Source of the DNA: Pelomyxa schiedti
Taxonomy: Eukaryota; Protista; Evosea
NCBI GenBank assembly: GCA_020536535.1
Contig: JAHLWZ010000518.1
Coordinates: forward strand, 1 to 64,000
Length of the DNA: 64,000 nucleotides
Direction: 5' to 3'
Both the position numbers and the translations under genes were made by a program. Under the pieces are notes generated by a model. The model was not told where the DNA came from. It did not search any database and saw nothing but the letters and a program-made list of their open reading frames with translations. Shown here piece after piece: positions 10,281 through 20,933 of the stretch (positions within the stretch are counted from its first letter, which is position 1; each line of letters opens with the position of its first letter).

Positions 10281-13200
10281 ATGGCCGCAGCGGTGGCGGA
10301 CCATCAAAGGAAGAGATTGTACTATCGCGAGGAGATTGTTGAAGTTGAAGAGGACAAGGAACACGAGTGCGTATAATACACGCCCCCACACAATGCGCCT
10401 CGCCACGTCAAAGGCGGGTACCACCGCTTATCACAACTGCTTACTGGTGTGGTGAAACAAAAAGATTCAAAGCGGCCAACAACACAGAAGACCCAACGAC
10501 TTACATCAAATCCATTGCCGTGGTATTTCCTTCCCCTACTGGTGTTTGATGTTTACACGCCAAGAAATACTTGAATGCCTTCTTGAATGCAAACGGCGGA
10601 ACCATTTACTTTGGTGTGAATGATGATGGCAAAGCCGTTGGCGTTATCCTTGATCGCGCAGCAAGGGACAACATCAGACTTAGTATTGACTCTGCAGTCT
10701 CCCGTAATACTCGCAGAATCTTCTCTTATTAATGACTAATATGCCAAGATTTTTCCCCTGAAGTGGACCCTGATATGTACTCTATTGCTTTTATTCCTGT
10801 TGTAGAAAGACCCTCCCAAGGTTACCGAAATTTTGAACGACCTACTCATTGACACTCTACTTCCAAGACCCCAGTTCTGTTCCCGAAAAGTCCCTAGCTC
10901 CTGCTACAGATACATATATTGTAGAGATGACCATACATCGTGGTCGTGCTTCTGTTTACACTGATGGAGTTGGAAAAGTATTTTGCCCTCTCTGACAATT
11001 CACACCTTGGGAAACGAAACATAGAACGCCAAAGCATATGTAAGAAGAGAGGGAAGTATTACAGAACTAAGCCCTCGCAGCATTGATGACAGGCGGTCCA
11101 TGGGGCGACCTGTATTCTCCTGTATGCTTTACCACTATTGGATGTAATTCACAAAAATATCTAGACTCCGTCACAAATCCTGCAACCCAAGTAGTTGGAA
11201 GGGAACATGAAATGAATATAATATCTTCCTTCATTTCAGCTGCACCACAAGGTAAAGCGAGTCGATTGATAAAATTCAAGCTCCAGTTAAAGAAAAGCAG
11301 GCATCCCTATTGTTGTGTCAATATTTGGTCTTCCATATGTTGGGAAATCGACCGTGGCACAGCACATTGCTCGAACATTTAAATATAAATTCCCGGATTT
11401 CACTTGCCATATCAATATGAAAGGATTCTCCACCTCTTTTATTAGTGTACCTCCCATCAAATTGTAATTTTTAATATTAATGTATTGAAACCACAGGTTA
11501 CAGAAGCCATGGCAGGTGTTTATCGAGTTCTACACCCAAATGCACCTACTCCATCAAATTCCACGGAGGCAGCTGCACTTTTTCAATGTATTTTCCCATT
11601 TATATCACAGTGGCTCTTATGGTTCCCATAGCTTGCTTTGTCAATAAGAAGTGCATATTATTTGTTGAAAACGTGGGCACTGTAGACCAAGTCAAGGCAC
11701 TTGTACCAACAAATTCCGCAGCTTGTGTGATCATTGTGACTTCACGCAAAGACCTTGGATTAGATGCCTCACTTGGTCTGTACTTTCTACTTCCAATTGA
11801 TGTTAATAACTCTGACACCTTTAAGACAACTGTTACAGCCTACAGGTCAAACTTGGTGCACTTCAATTGACTGATGCAGCTGCTTTATTGAGATCTCTCG
11901 TCAAAAGTGTCTCACTCTCTCAGCCGGATGCAGAAAAACTCGCAAGTGTGGCCTGTTGCATGCCACAGCTTATTCGAATTTTGGCCTGTGAGGTGAATGC
12001 CAAGCACAACCCAAATGTCACTGAAGTCATCGAGCAACTTGCTTTGAAAGGTGGAATATCTTCATTAGTTTCTGAATGTCTGGGGAATGTTGTTGCCCGA
12101 GAAGAAACAGCTCGTTATGTTCTACCTCTTGTAGTTTTCAGAGGTTCCTTTCTCTCATCCCCCTTAATTATCCCTGTTGATCATGTCTATTTTTAGGGTC
12201 GTTTGATGCCTCTGCTGCATGTTCTGTTCTTAATGAAGAGTATACTGCAGTTCATAAAATTCTACAGTCTCTACTGGAGTACTCCTTGTTAGATTTTGAC
12301 CCTGTCAGTGTGCGCTATTTTCAGTGTGAAGCTGTGAGGTCACATGCATTGCAGCAATTAAAGAATTGTCCTGGCGAACTGAAAGTTTGGACTGAAAGGT
12401 AATTGTTCTATATCCACCAAAAGAAGCATTCACAAGGAGGGAAAAACAACAAAAGATTTATCAAGCATTATTTGCGTATCTTGGCGCATATTGAAAATCT
12501 TGTTCTGATGGTAACACCAGATGATGGGCTCAATACCTCAAATCTCTCCAGTGCACACCGCCAAAACATGATGGAAGCAACCACCCTTTTGGCAAAGGAG
12601 GAAAGGAACATGGAGACGATGTTACAGTATTGTAGAGACCTATGCCTAGGATCAGAAGTGGCTAGGATTGTCTTCATAATGTCATCACCCAAAGTCCTGG
12701 CAGCGATGGCAGTATATTCAGCTGAGCGATGGAGAGGTCTTGTTCAACTCTTTGATCAGAGACCCAAAAGCAGTCTAAGTGTTAGCTCTCCAGCCAAACC
12801 AAGTCAAAAGCGAGCTGGAGAACTGGAAAAGAAGCACAAGCATAGACACAAGCACAAACACAAAGAGGGTGAAAAAAAGAAAAAATCAAAAAAAAAAGAC
12901 AAGGGGGAAAAGAGGAAAAGAAAAGCTGAGCCTGAGGATGCAAAGCCAGATGCAGTGGGGGAAACTACTGCAAAATCTAGCACTGAGAAACCTGATGACC
13001 CTGAGCCTGTAACTTCGGAAGTACAAAATACAGGGGAACCAAAGAGCACGGCAACGCAAACAACCACTACCCAGATCACCAGCAAAGATGCACCCGCCTC
13101 TCAAACAAGTGGCACTGACAAAAAAAGTGCAAAACGACGAAAAGATCCTCTGAAGATAAAAAAGACAATTCTGTCTCTCATTGTAAGGGAAAGCAAGAAG

Positions 13201-14697
13201 CGGAAAATTGATGGCATGAATTCTAAAAGAAAAGAATCAGGTGCCTCTACCACTGCAGAAGCAGAGCCAACAGAAAACATAACAACAAATATTGATAGCA
13301 CAGAGCCTGCTAACCAAAAAATTCCACCAGCTGTGCCAGGGAGTCCCAAGTGCACAGCTACTGAACAACCTGATGATATCAACTCCAGCAAAATCATTGA
13401 CTCCACAGCTACCTTCACTACTTCAAAGACAAAGCTTAAGTACAGTAAGAAACTGAAAAAAACACCTGAGACTGCACCACCCTCACAGGATAACGGATCA
13501 ACTAATACACCAATTGAACCGCCAACATCAGACAATATTATTCGTGAATCAACCAAAGCAACTTCCGAGCCAAACAAACCCATGGCTGAACCTATCAAAC
13601 CCGCTCCCCAACCAATCCAACGCACTCCTGAAGCAACTAAACCTGTTACACCAGAAAAATCCTCCGTAGGCCGGGGAACACCGAGAGCTTCCCTTCTGAC
13701 ACCAAATCCTTCTGACAGTGTAAGTCCCAGAGGAAGAGGGAGAGGGAGAGGAACTAGAGGTGGCAGAGGGGCTGGAATGGTGGGGAGAGGTGCTGGAATG
13801 GTAGGGAGAGGTGTTAGTATGGTTCCCTCTTCACCTACCCCACCCCCAAATGTTGACCCAATATCCGCTGTTTTAAGTTCCCTGGCAGCATGGAATGTCG
13901 AAAAAACCTCTAAACCCAATGACAAGTCTGTATCTCAATCTGACACTAACACTCCAACTCCGCACCCAAGAAAACCAACTCCAGTTTTGCCAGTTTCCCC
14001 AAAACCTAAAACCACACCAACCACACCAACACGCGCTACACTCCCTCATAACACATCCCCTGAACCTCCTCCACCTCAAGGCAGCCACACTTTATCTGAT
14101 TCCCTACCCTCCGAGGAATCTGGACAAGCCGAACCAGAGAAAGCAGAAAAAAGGTGTGAAGAGCCGAGAACAGATATGAAGGCAAAAAAAGGGGGGAAAA
14201 ATCTGGAAGCAAAAACCACCGAAGCGGAGCAGGATTGCGTATCACGAAAGCCCGAGACCCACTCAAGGAAAGAAGATTCAGACACAGAAACAGAAACAGA
14301 AAGCACGACCGCAAGCAACCTCCACGGCGACAAGATTACCGCAACAAAGGAAACTCCAAGTAAAGAGAACCAAGAAGGAAAATCCAAAACAAAAGTGGCA
14401 AGTACCAAGAAATCTAAATCCACACAACCTTCCACCAAAAGCAAACCCTTGAGAACCACAAAAGAAAAACATAAGAGGAAATCAGCCAAAGAGAGCGATC
14501 AAGAGAAGGATGAGGGAGCCAAACCAAAAGCTGCTAAAGGAAAACGTTCCACTTCCAAACCGGATACAAAACACGCCAAACCACCCAATCCCAAGAAGAA
14601 GAGAACACAAGTATCATCCTCTACAATCACTGAAGAACCTGAAGTCAATGCCCCTAGCAACAATACTTCTGATGCTGAACAAGATGGCTCTTCTTAG
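10281..14697 (+). CDS. Schlafen (AlbA_2, SLFNL1-like) domain + NB-ARC/STAND P-loop NTPase + ~700-aa basic disordered tail (NLR-like)
   Basis: Introns 10367-10464, 10523-10564 and 10704-10748 give 'EEDKEHEFK...KYLNAFLNANGGTIYFGVNDDG...FSPEVDPDMYSIAFIPV...AYVRREGS'. This is followed by 'VVGREHE', Walker A 'GLPYVGKST' (~11327-11353), Walker B 'ILFVENV', sensor-1 'VIIVTSR', GxP-like 'CCMPQLI', winged-helix 'SLLEYSLL' and MHD-position 'RYFQCEAVR'. Confidence 0.85.
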
Positions 14698-14964
14698 GGT
14701 ACTCCGTTTTTTTTGCAACCCACAACTTCGTTTCTCGACTCCGCAATAACCAAATAACAGATGGAGAGCATCAGGCCTCCGCACAGGGATGAACACTAGC
14801 CAAATCAGACATCTAAGCCACTTATTGTGGTTTCTTTGAGTGACGTTATCGAGAAGGGTAAAGTCTGAGTCCATTTTTTGTTTTGTTCAAAAGCCACTAT
14901 TTTCTCTTTACCCGTGGCAACACAGGCTAGAAACAAAAAAAAAACCATTCGTCTACTGCTTTTT

Positions 14965-17900
14965 TTAGTAGATTTTTCCATCCCTGTACAATTTCAACAT
15001 CCTTTTCACAACCTTTCTTGTTTGTTAGGAAACCACAGGCAGAGAAAACCGGAAACTAACCTTGTCAGTGGGGTGTGAGGAGGTATAGTTCTCCAGTGCC
15101 TCTTGGGGAATCTTCTTCCCAGAGAGCAATGCTTGATCGATCGGCTGAAAATCTTGTATGCTGTTGGTTACAGTGTTGGCTGAACCCAAAAGTTCATGCA
15201 CAAGAACAGGCCGGTGCAATCCTCTGACCAGTACATGCCCAAGGGCACGGAAGAGAAGCCTGGTGTAAATCAGTTGGTTAATGTGGAAGAAATTACTGTT
15301 ACCTGTCCTTACAGCATTCCCGTACAGTCGTGGAAACACATGTGGTGGTGTAAAATTCCTTATTCAAAGGTTCAAGCCTTGCTGCTAAATTTACATTGCT
15401 CCCTGAAATGTAAAATTAGGTATCTAGGAAAAGTACTTCTCTCCAAACCTAAAACTGTGAAGTTCAGTCTGTGGGAACAGCCAACATTTCCAGCAAGACA
15501 CGACCCAGAATGAATCCCCATTCGTACCTTAATGCTAATTCCGTACATGGAGTCAAACCGTTCGTTGAGGTGTTTAAGAGATTCTTTGATCTCCAAAGCG
15601 GCTTTGCAGGCAAGGAATTCCGCATCTTCAACTTTTTCAAGTGCACCCCACACAGCCTACAATTTCGTGAGAACATAGTTTTAGCATTATCGCCTGTACC
15701 ATGATGGCATCTCCAATGTACTGAATGAAGAGTATGTTATTTAGTAATACAAATCAGGAGGAGTGTGGTTCACCTTATCTATGACTGCTTTGTTGATAAC
15801 CAAAATATTGGAAAAGGACTCGAAAAGTTGGTGTAGGATTGGAACAACCATGTCAACGCCATATTCGTCCATCATTTTGGTCTAAACATTTCTGAGATTG
15901 ATTACTATAGACTTGAGGGAGCATACAAAATCTACAACATCTAGGAAGAAGACAGTGCACGTTTTCTTGTGTACTCCAACTTCTGCTACCATGTTGTTGC
16001 GACATAGATGCTTTACAGCATCAATTGGTACGTACCTAACTTGAATGAGTTCCATGTATCATATTAAAAAAGGGGGGTATTCATACTTGCTGAACACATC
16101 TAAAGCGTTTCTCATGAGTCTTACTTGGTTTTCAAGCTAGACAAAATAAACAGAAAAAGGAGGAAATAAGCCTTCACTGACCTCAAAGAGTTCGGAAACA
16201 AAACTGTAAGAGTTTTCTGTAGGTGAGGTGGGTGCTTCAAAATCTCCATGTGAAACACATTGAAGGTAATACAATACCCTCCTATAATGTTCTTAGATGG
16301 ATTTTTGTGTGCTTAAATTGGGTCTCAATACCTAAGATTCCTTCCGAGGAGGGTTACAAAGACTAATCCCATGATTAATACACAAAATCCAAGCACACAC
16401 TCCACCCCAATAACGCCAACCATCCATATTTTGGCTTGCTTCACGCCATTGCCGGTACCAGAAATGATTTCACTCATGAAATCCTGCGCCAAGCTTCACT
16501 TAGGAATCAGGTATGTGCACCAAATACCTCTGAGGGAGTAAGCATCAAAATCCATAGGATAAGGCCTCCTTCCTGTTTCACTTCTGAGACATCCACATAG
16601 GTATCATTCATTTTAAAGCTTATTGGGACGCGCGATAGAGATGTTTGATTCAACCACTACAATTTGAATTAAAAAAAAAAAAAAGAAAAAGGTCATTGGC
16701 TAACTTGGGCAATGTAAGTTGCAGCAAAAGTATCATTGGCAGAGAGGGGTTCCGTAGTGTTGGGAAGCCTAAACCCTGATGAAGCAGCAATGATCATTAA
16801 AGAGTCATCCATCAGCAAAGCTTCCCCGTTTGGTGTGGCATTCCAGGAAGAAAAGAGTTCACTCAGAGTTTGAAGACTCATGGTAACTTGAATTACTGCA
16901 CAAGCAGTAGTTGGTGGCACCAATGAGCTCAGTGATAATTTTCCCGTTAGAGATATAACATTTTCGTCAAAAACCAGAGAGTGGGACACCTCTGTCCAAA
17001 CTAGCGCCGGCTGTGATTGTGTTGCAACTCTCCTGCACATTTCGGTTACAATTAGGGAAATGTTTCACGTTCATGCCGAGAAACACACCACCATGGGCAA
17101 TCCATGAGATGGTAACCTGACCTAACTTCATTTACATCAGTTCTCACTGTGGTCGGGTAGATTCCAGAGTACTCAAAGAAGGATACATTGGGTGCAAGAG
17201 CGCTATCATAAACACCAAAATTTTTCTTCTCTATCAAAAGCATATGTTCACCATAGTCATTGATCCATCCAAGATTCTGTATAGCACCACAAATGACTTG
17301 TAATGAAAGAAATTGAAGTCTTACACAAAACCGGAAGTCAAAATGGTCATTGAATGAAGCTTTGAGCAGAGGGTGAAATTTATAATGTGTGCTTGAGACA
17401 GGTTCGTTCACCGCGAAAGCAGAGTCCATAGTTTGCAATGATAAAAGTGCCTGTTTTACAAAGAGAACCTACATGAAAAGTTCTTATTAGCAATTGAGAA
17501 ATGTTTAGCAGGTATCGTAACAGGTTCATTTAGTTTGGTGGAAATACTATCAAGTGTGTGGCCAACCATCGCTTTTCTGAATTCCACCAGTCCCTTTACT
17601 TGTTGTTAACCTTTAATCACTCCTCCAAAATTGACAAGAAACCAATCAAAGGATATAACCAAGCAATGAAAGGAGCCACCAAAAAACCAGCATAAAAGGA
17701 AAAAAAAAAACGAGTGAGTGAGGAAGTAAACAGTTTCCAGGCTGGCAGTCGCCGTTTCACTGAAACGCGCGAAAGTGGACAGCCACCCAGCCATGAGGGG
17801 CACAACGGCAACCACAACCAAAACAACGAGCATCACTGCTGATGTGCATATCAACGCCGTTCGCAGCGAGACAGTCACGAAAGGAGGCGCGGCCCCGCCC

Positions 17901-18124
17901 TTTGAATCGTCGCCGCCGGGGTTCGCGCCGCCGAGGCCGACCTTGGAGGGGCACGATGACGTCATCGCGCAACTGCGGGAGTCGGCAGTTGCAGGCGTCG
18001 CTGCCGCCGCGGCCGCGCATTGGCCGCGAGAGAGGCTGCGGGCGGTTACTTGTATGAACTCGTCTACTACGCTGCGAGAGGTGGGGATAGTGGCAATGGG
18101 ATCGGCACAGGGAACAGTGCTCAT
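14965..18124 (-). CDS. Receptor-type class III adenylyl cyclase (two TM helices flanking an extracellular sensor domain)
   Basis: N-terminal TM 'AVMLVVLVVVAVVPLM', second TM near 16380-16430, catalytic motifs 'VFFLDVVDFT', 'DKYIGDAIM', 'RMGIHSG', 'NFTVLG', 'NLAARLE'. The last exon boundary is approximate. Confidence 0.88.
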
Positions 18125-18184
18125 AAATTGTTGTGGTTATTCCCCTTTTTTCGTGCGAAAAAGGGGTTCGATCGAACAAGTTCC

Positions 18185-20035
18185 ATGCAACGCGCTTTCT
18201 CGGTGGATGATGTTCTGTTTACCACGGTGAGCGACGGCGGAAAGGTGCCAATTCGCAGTGGAGACACTTTGAGTCTGGTGCCCGCGCCTGTACCGAATGG
18301 CAGCACCAAACCCTACAGCGGACGGTTGTATATAGGCGCGTATTACGCGATTTTTGCCGCCGCCGAGGGGCCGACAGAGAGTGCGGCCGTTACCGGCGAC
18401 CCGACCGCGTCGTCGAACAGCGTGAAGTTCTTTGCCAAACTGTGGAGCGAACGGGAGATCGGGGCATACAGGGCTCTTTCTTGTACTGACGCAGCCAAGC
18501 ACATTTCCCCGTGCGTCGTGGTTGGGAAGTTTGCCGACGGGCAGTACCGGAACAAGGAGGCTATTCTCGTGCAAGACGTGGGGGATACACATCTGAACAA
18601 GAGCCACGTGGCTGACCCTCAGTGCACAGAGCGGGTAATAAGCGCTGTGTGGGCATTGAACCGCTCTGGAGTGATTATACTGGACATGAAGCCTCAGCAC
18701 ATCATCGTGCCACCAGACACTGCTTCCCCAGTTAAAATAGTGGATTTCGACTTGGCTGAAACTGGAAGCAACACAACTGCAGCCGAAACGACAGCCACAA
18801 CAACAATGTCTACGACTGCGAGTATGGGGCCCTTCACAGCCACAATGTTTGATTACTCCACGGCGTTCAGAGGGAATACCCTGTGGGCCTCAATCTTCCA
18901 GCACCTGGGGCTCCTTACAATGGCTTGTGATCTGCAATCACTCTGCTTTATTTTTCATGGGCTTTCCTTTCTGAGGGATTTATGTCCAAGCCCGCCTTCT
19001 CGTGGTGACCCGTACCGGGCCAGCTCTGAAAGTTTCAATAGGGACAGGATCTTTATGTTGCTGCGCAAGCTGAAATTACTACAGACTTTACCATCCTTGG
19101 ACCATGACCACACTTGGCTGGATAAGGCTAAAATGTTGTGTGAGTCACATTGCCAGGAGGTTTCTTATCCGCTTGTGGAAATTATGTTGCCGAAGTGTTA
19201 CGTGCACGTCCTTGATTCCACCACATCTACTGCAGATCCAGTTGAAGTACAAACTAATGCAGTCCACTGTGAAGGAGGAAATACTGACGGACCACCTCCG
19301 GCACAACGGGAGATTCCACTGAACCGTGAAAAAACTACAAGGCCCAGCCCTGCAAGTGGCCGTAGCCCTGTTTCTCCCCAGGCATCTTGGTTAATACAGT
19401 CGTCCAGCTGCAAGCGATGCGTTATTGATGATGCAGAGAAAATGTTTGTTGAAGCTATGACCAGGGGGTGGCTATCAGATCTTTGTGGGGTAGAACTCCA
19501 GAATTTCCAAGATTCTAGTCGGGAGATTGCTTGCCTGGGAAATTTTAAGAGCAGGAACCAGGCAAGCCAGTTCCTTCACCAATGTCAGTCTCAGTACAGC
19601 TTACACATGTTTCTCCCAAATGAACCGGCAAGTAAAGATTTGCTCTGTAACCCAGATTTTTTGCCGTCTCAGGTTTCTGACAACACCGGAGTATCAAACC
19701 CGGACCAAGTTATCTGTGAGATTGCGTACATCCCTGAATCATTCACCAGGGAACAGGCCAAAGAACTACTCCACCGCAAGTTCATTCAACTGCAGTCCAA
19801 CATGCTAAATAGGATGGATATATTCCCCCCAACGTCTCCTTTGTGCCTTGCATTTGCTTCTGATGAAAACCGAAAGGCCATGCAGTGGTGCTGTGGCCTG
19901 CTGGTGTATACACAAAAAAAACAGTCTGAGATCAACAGTTGGGCAACCTTTGCTGAATTTAATCCACCTTGGCTGGTAGTAATGGCAGCAATGGGGAGGT
20001 ATCCTCCCTCTCTTCTCACAACACAACACCGCTGA
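18185..20035 (+). CDS. Intronless divergent protein kinase (CK1/FunK1-like) with uncharacterised C-terminal domain
   Basis: 'FFAKL', 'IILDMKPQHIIV', 'KIVDFDLA', 'FRGNTLWASIFQHLG', 'DLQSLCFIF' (compare CK1 GTxxYAS...HLG...DLESL). First ATG at 18185. Confidence 0.7.
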   Translation: MQRAFSVDDVLFTTVSDGGKVPIRSGDTLSLVPAPVPNGSTKPYSGRLYIGAYYAIFAAAEGPTESAAVTGDPTASSNSVKFFAKLWSEREIGAYRALSCTDAAKHISPCVVVGKFADGQYRNKEAILVQDVGDTHLNKSHVADPQCTERVISAVWALNRSGVIILDMKPQHIIVPPDTASPVKIVDFDLAETGSNTTAAETTATTTMSTTASMGPFTATMFDYSTAFRGNTLWASIFQHLGLLTMACDLQSLCFIFHGLSFLRDLCPSPPSRGDPYRASSESFNRDRIFMLLRKLKLLQTLPSLDHDHTWLDKAKMLCESHCQEVSYPLVEIMLPKCYVHVLDSTTSTADPVEVQTNAVHCEGGNTDGPPPAQREIPLNREKTTRPSPASGRSPVSPQASWLIQSSSCKRCVIDDAEKMFVEAMTRGWLSDLCGVELQNFQDSSREIACLGNFKSRNQASQFLHQCQSQYSLHMFLPNEPASKDLLCNPDFLPSQVSDNTGVSNPDQVICEIAYIPESFTREQAKELLHRKFIQLQSNMLNRMDIFPPTSPLCLAFASDENRKAMQWCCGLLVYTQKKQSEINSWATFAEFNPPWLVVMAAMGRYPPSLLTTQHR

Positions 20036-20178
20036 TACATATTCAGATTCTTCTTTTCTGTCAGTGATGAAATGGTAAACCCGAGGTCATTGACCTCGCA
20101 TAAAAGTCTGTAACACAGCAAACAAAACTACACACATGCTTACAGATAAAACAAAACATTCTAGAGGTCTCTCATATT

Positions 20179-20817
20179 ATGCAGTCAAGTGACGAACTGG
20201 AGAATATTTTATACCAACGTGAAAAAGTCCTGCAGGAAGAAAGTTCACATCACCGTGAGATCATACAGAACCTAGAAGACTACTCGGCCAGATCCGGAGA
20301 AGCCGGAAAGGAGCTGGAAAGCACGAAGAAGGAACTGCAAGCCACTAAGAAGGAACTGGAAACAACTAAAAATGACTACAGAAGGACCAAGAAGAAACTC
20401 AAAGAACTCACGGCTACACTTCTGATTAAGAAGGAGGTGGGAACCCTGATGCATGACAGCGCACTTGCGGAGCTACAAACAAACCACAACCAACTCATAA
20501 CGAAATACGACGTCCTCACCACAACACACAACGCTCTCCAAACAGAACACAACCGTCTCCAAACAGAGCACGGCCGGATCCTAACAGAACAAGGCCGTGT
20601 CCTAGCAGAGCACAACCGTCTCCTAACAGAGCACGGCCGTGTCCTAACAGAGCACCACTGTCTCAAAACAGCACACGACCAGCTGCAAGCAGAACACGAC
20701 GAGCTACAATCACAACACCAGCAGCTACAAAAAGAACACAAAGTGCAAGGGAAGAAGGCTATCCACGTGACAAGGCAGACGATGCAGTGTCGTCGTTTGC
20801 TGTTCTACTGGCTGTAA
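20179..20817 (+). CDS. Coiled-coil protein with heptad repeats; possible frameshifted C-terminal TM anchor
   Basis: Heptads LQTEHNR/LQTEHGR/ILTEQGR/VLAEHNR/LLTEHGR. Confidence 0.6.
   Translation: MQSSDELENILYQREKVLQEESSHHREIIQNLEDYSARSGEAGKELESTKKELQATKKELETTKNDYRRTKKKLKELTATLLIKKEVGTLMHDSALAELQTNHNQLITKYDVLTTTHNALQTEHNRLQTEHGRILTEQGRVLAEHNRLLTEHGRVLTEHHCLKTAHDQLQAEHDELQSQHQQLQKEHKVQGKKAIHVTRQTMQCRRLLFYWL
20536..20730 (+). repeat. Imperfect 21-bp tandem repeat encoding His-containing heptads
   Basis: Units like 'ctccaaacagaacacaaccgt' and 'gtcctaacagagcacggccgt'. Confidence 0.8.
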
Positions 20818-20933
20818 TCCTTGCATTGTGGTACTTCTTCACCCAACCCCAAAGGAGCTCTATCTCACCCCAAAGTGGATAAAAACATTATTCTTTTCCA
20901 CAACAAACACTCAAGTATGTTGGTCGCAGTACA

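Noticed and set aside
7306-14697. Bacterial contamination or operon explaining the radical SAM and Schlafen-STAND genes
   Set aside because: Both genes contain multiple spliceosomal introns of the host type and flank a eukaryotic NMNAT.
14698-14870. Intron-like sequence and short ORF after the Schlafen-STAND stop (possible readthrough)
   Set aside because: In-frame TAG at 14695-14697 and no supporting motif downstream; at most a 3'UTR intron.
18020-18184. TTG-started extension of the kinase overlapping the cyclase 5' end
   Set aside because: Eukaryotic gene; the ATG at 18185 gives a non-overlapping divergent pair.
20536-20730. Possible CRISPR-like array
   Set aside because: Contiguous coding heptad repeats with no unique spacers; eukaryotic context.
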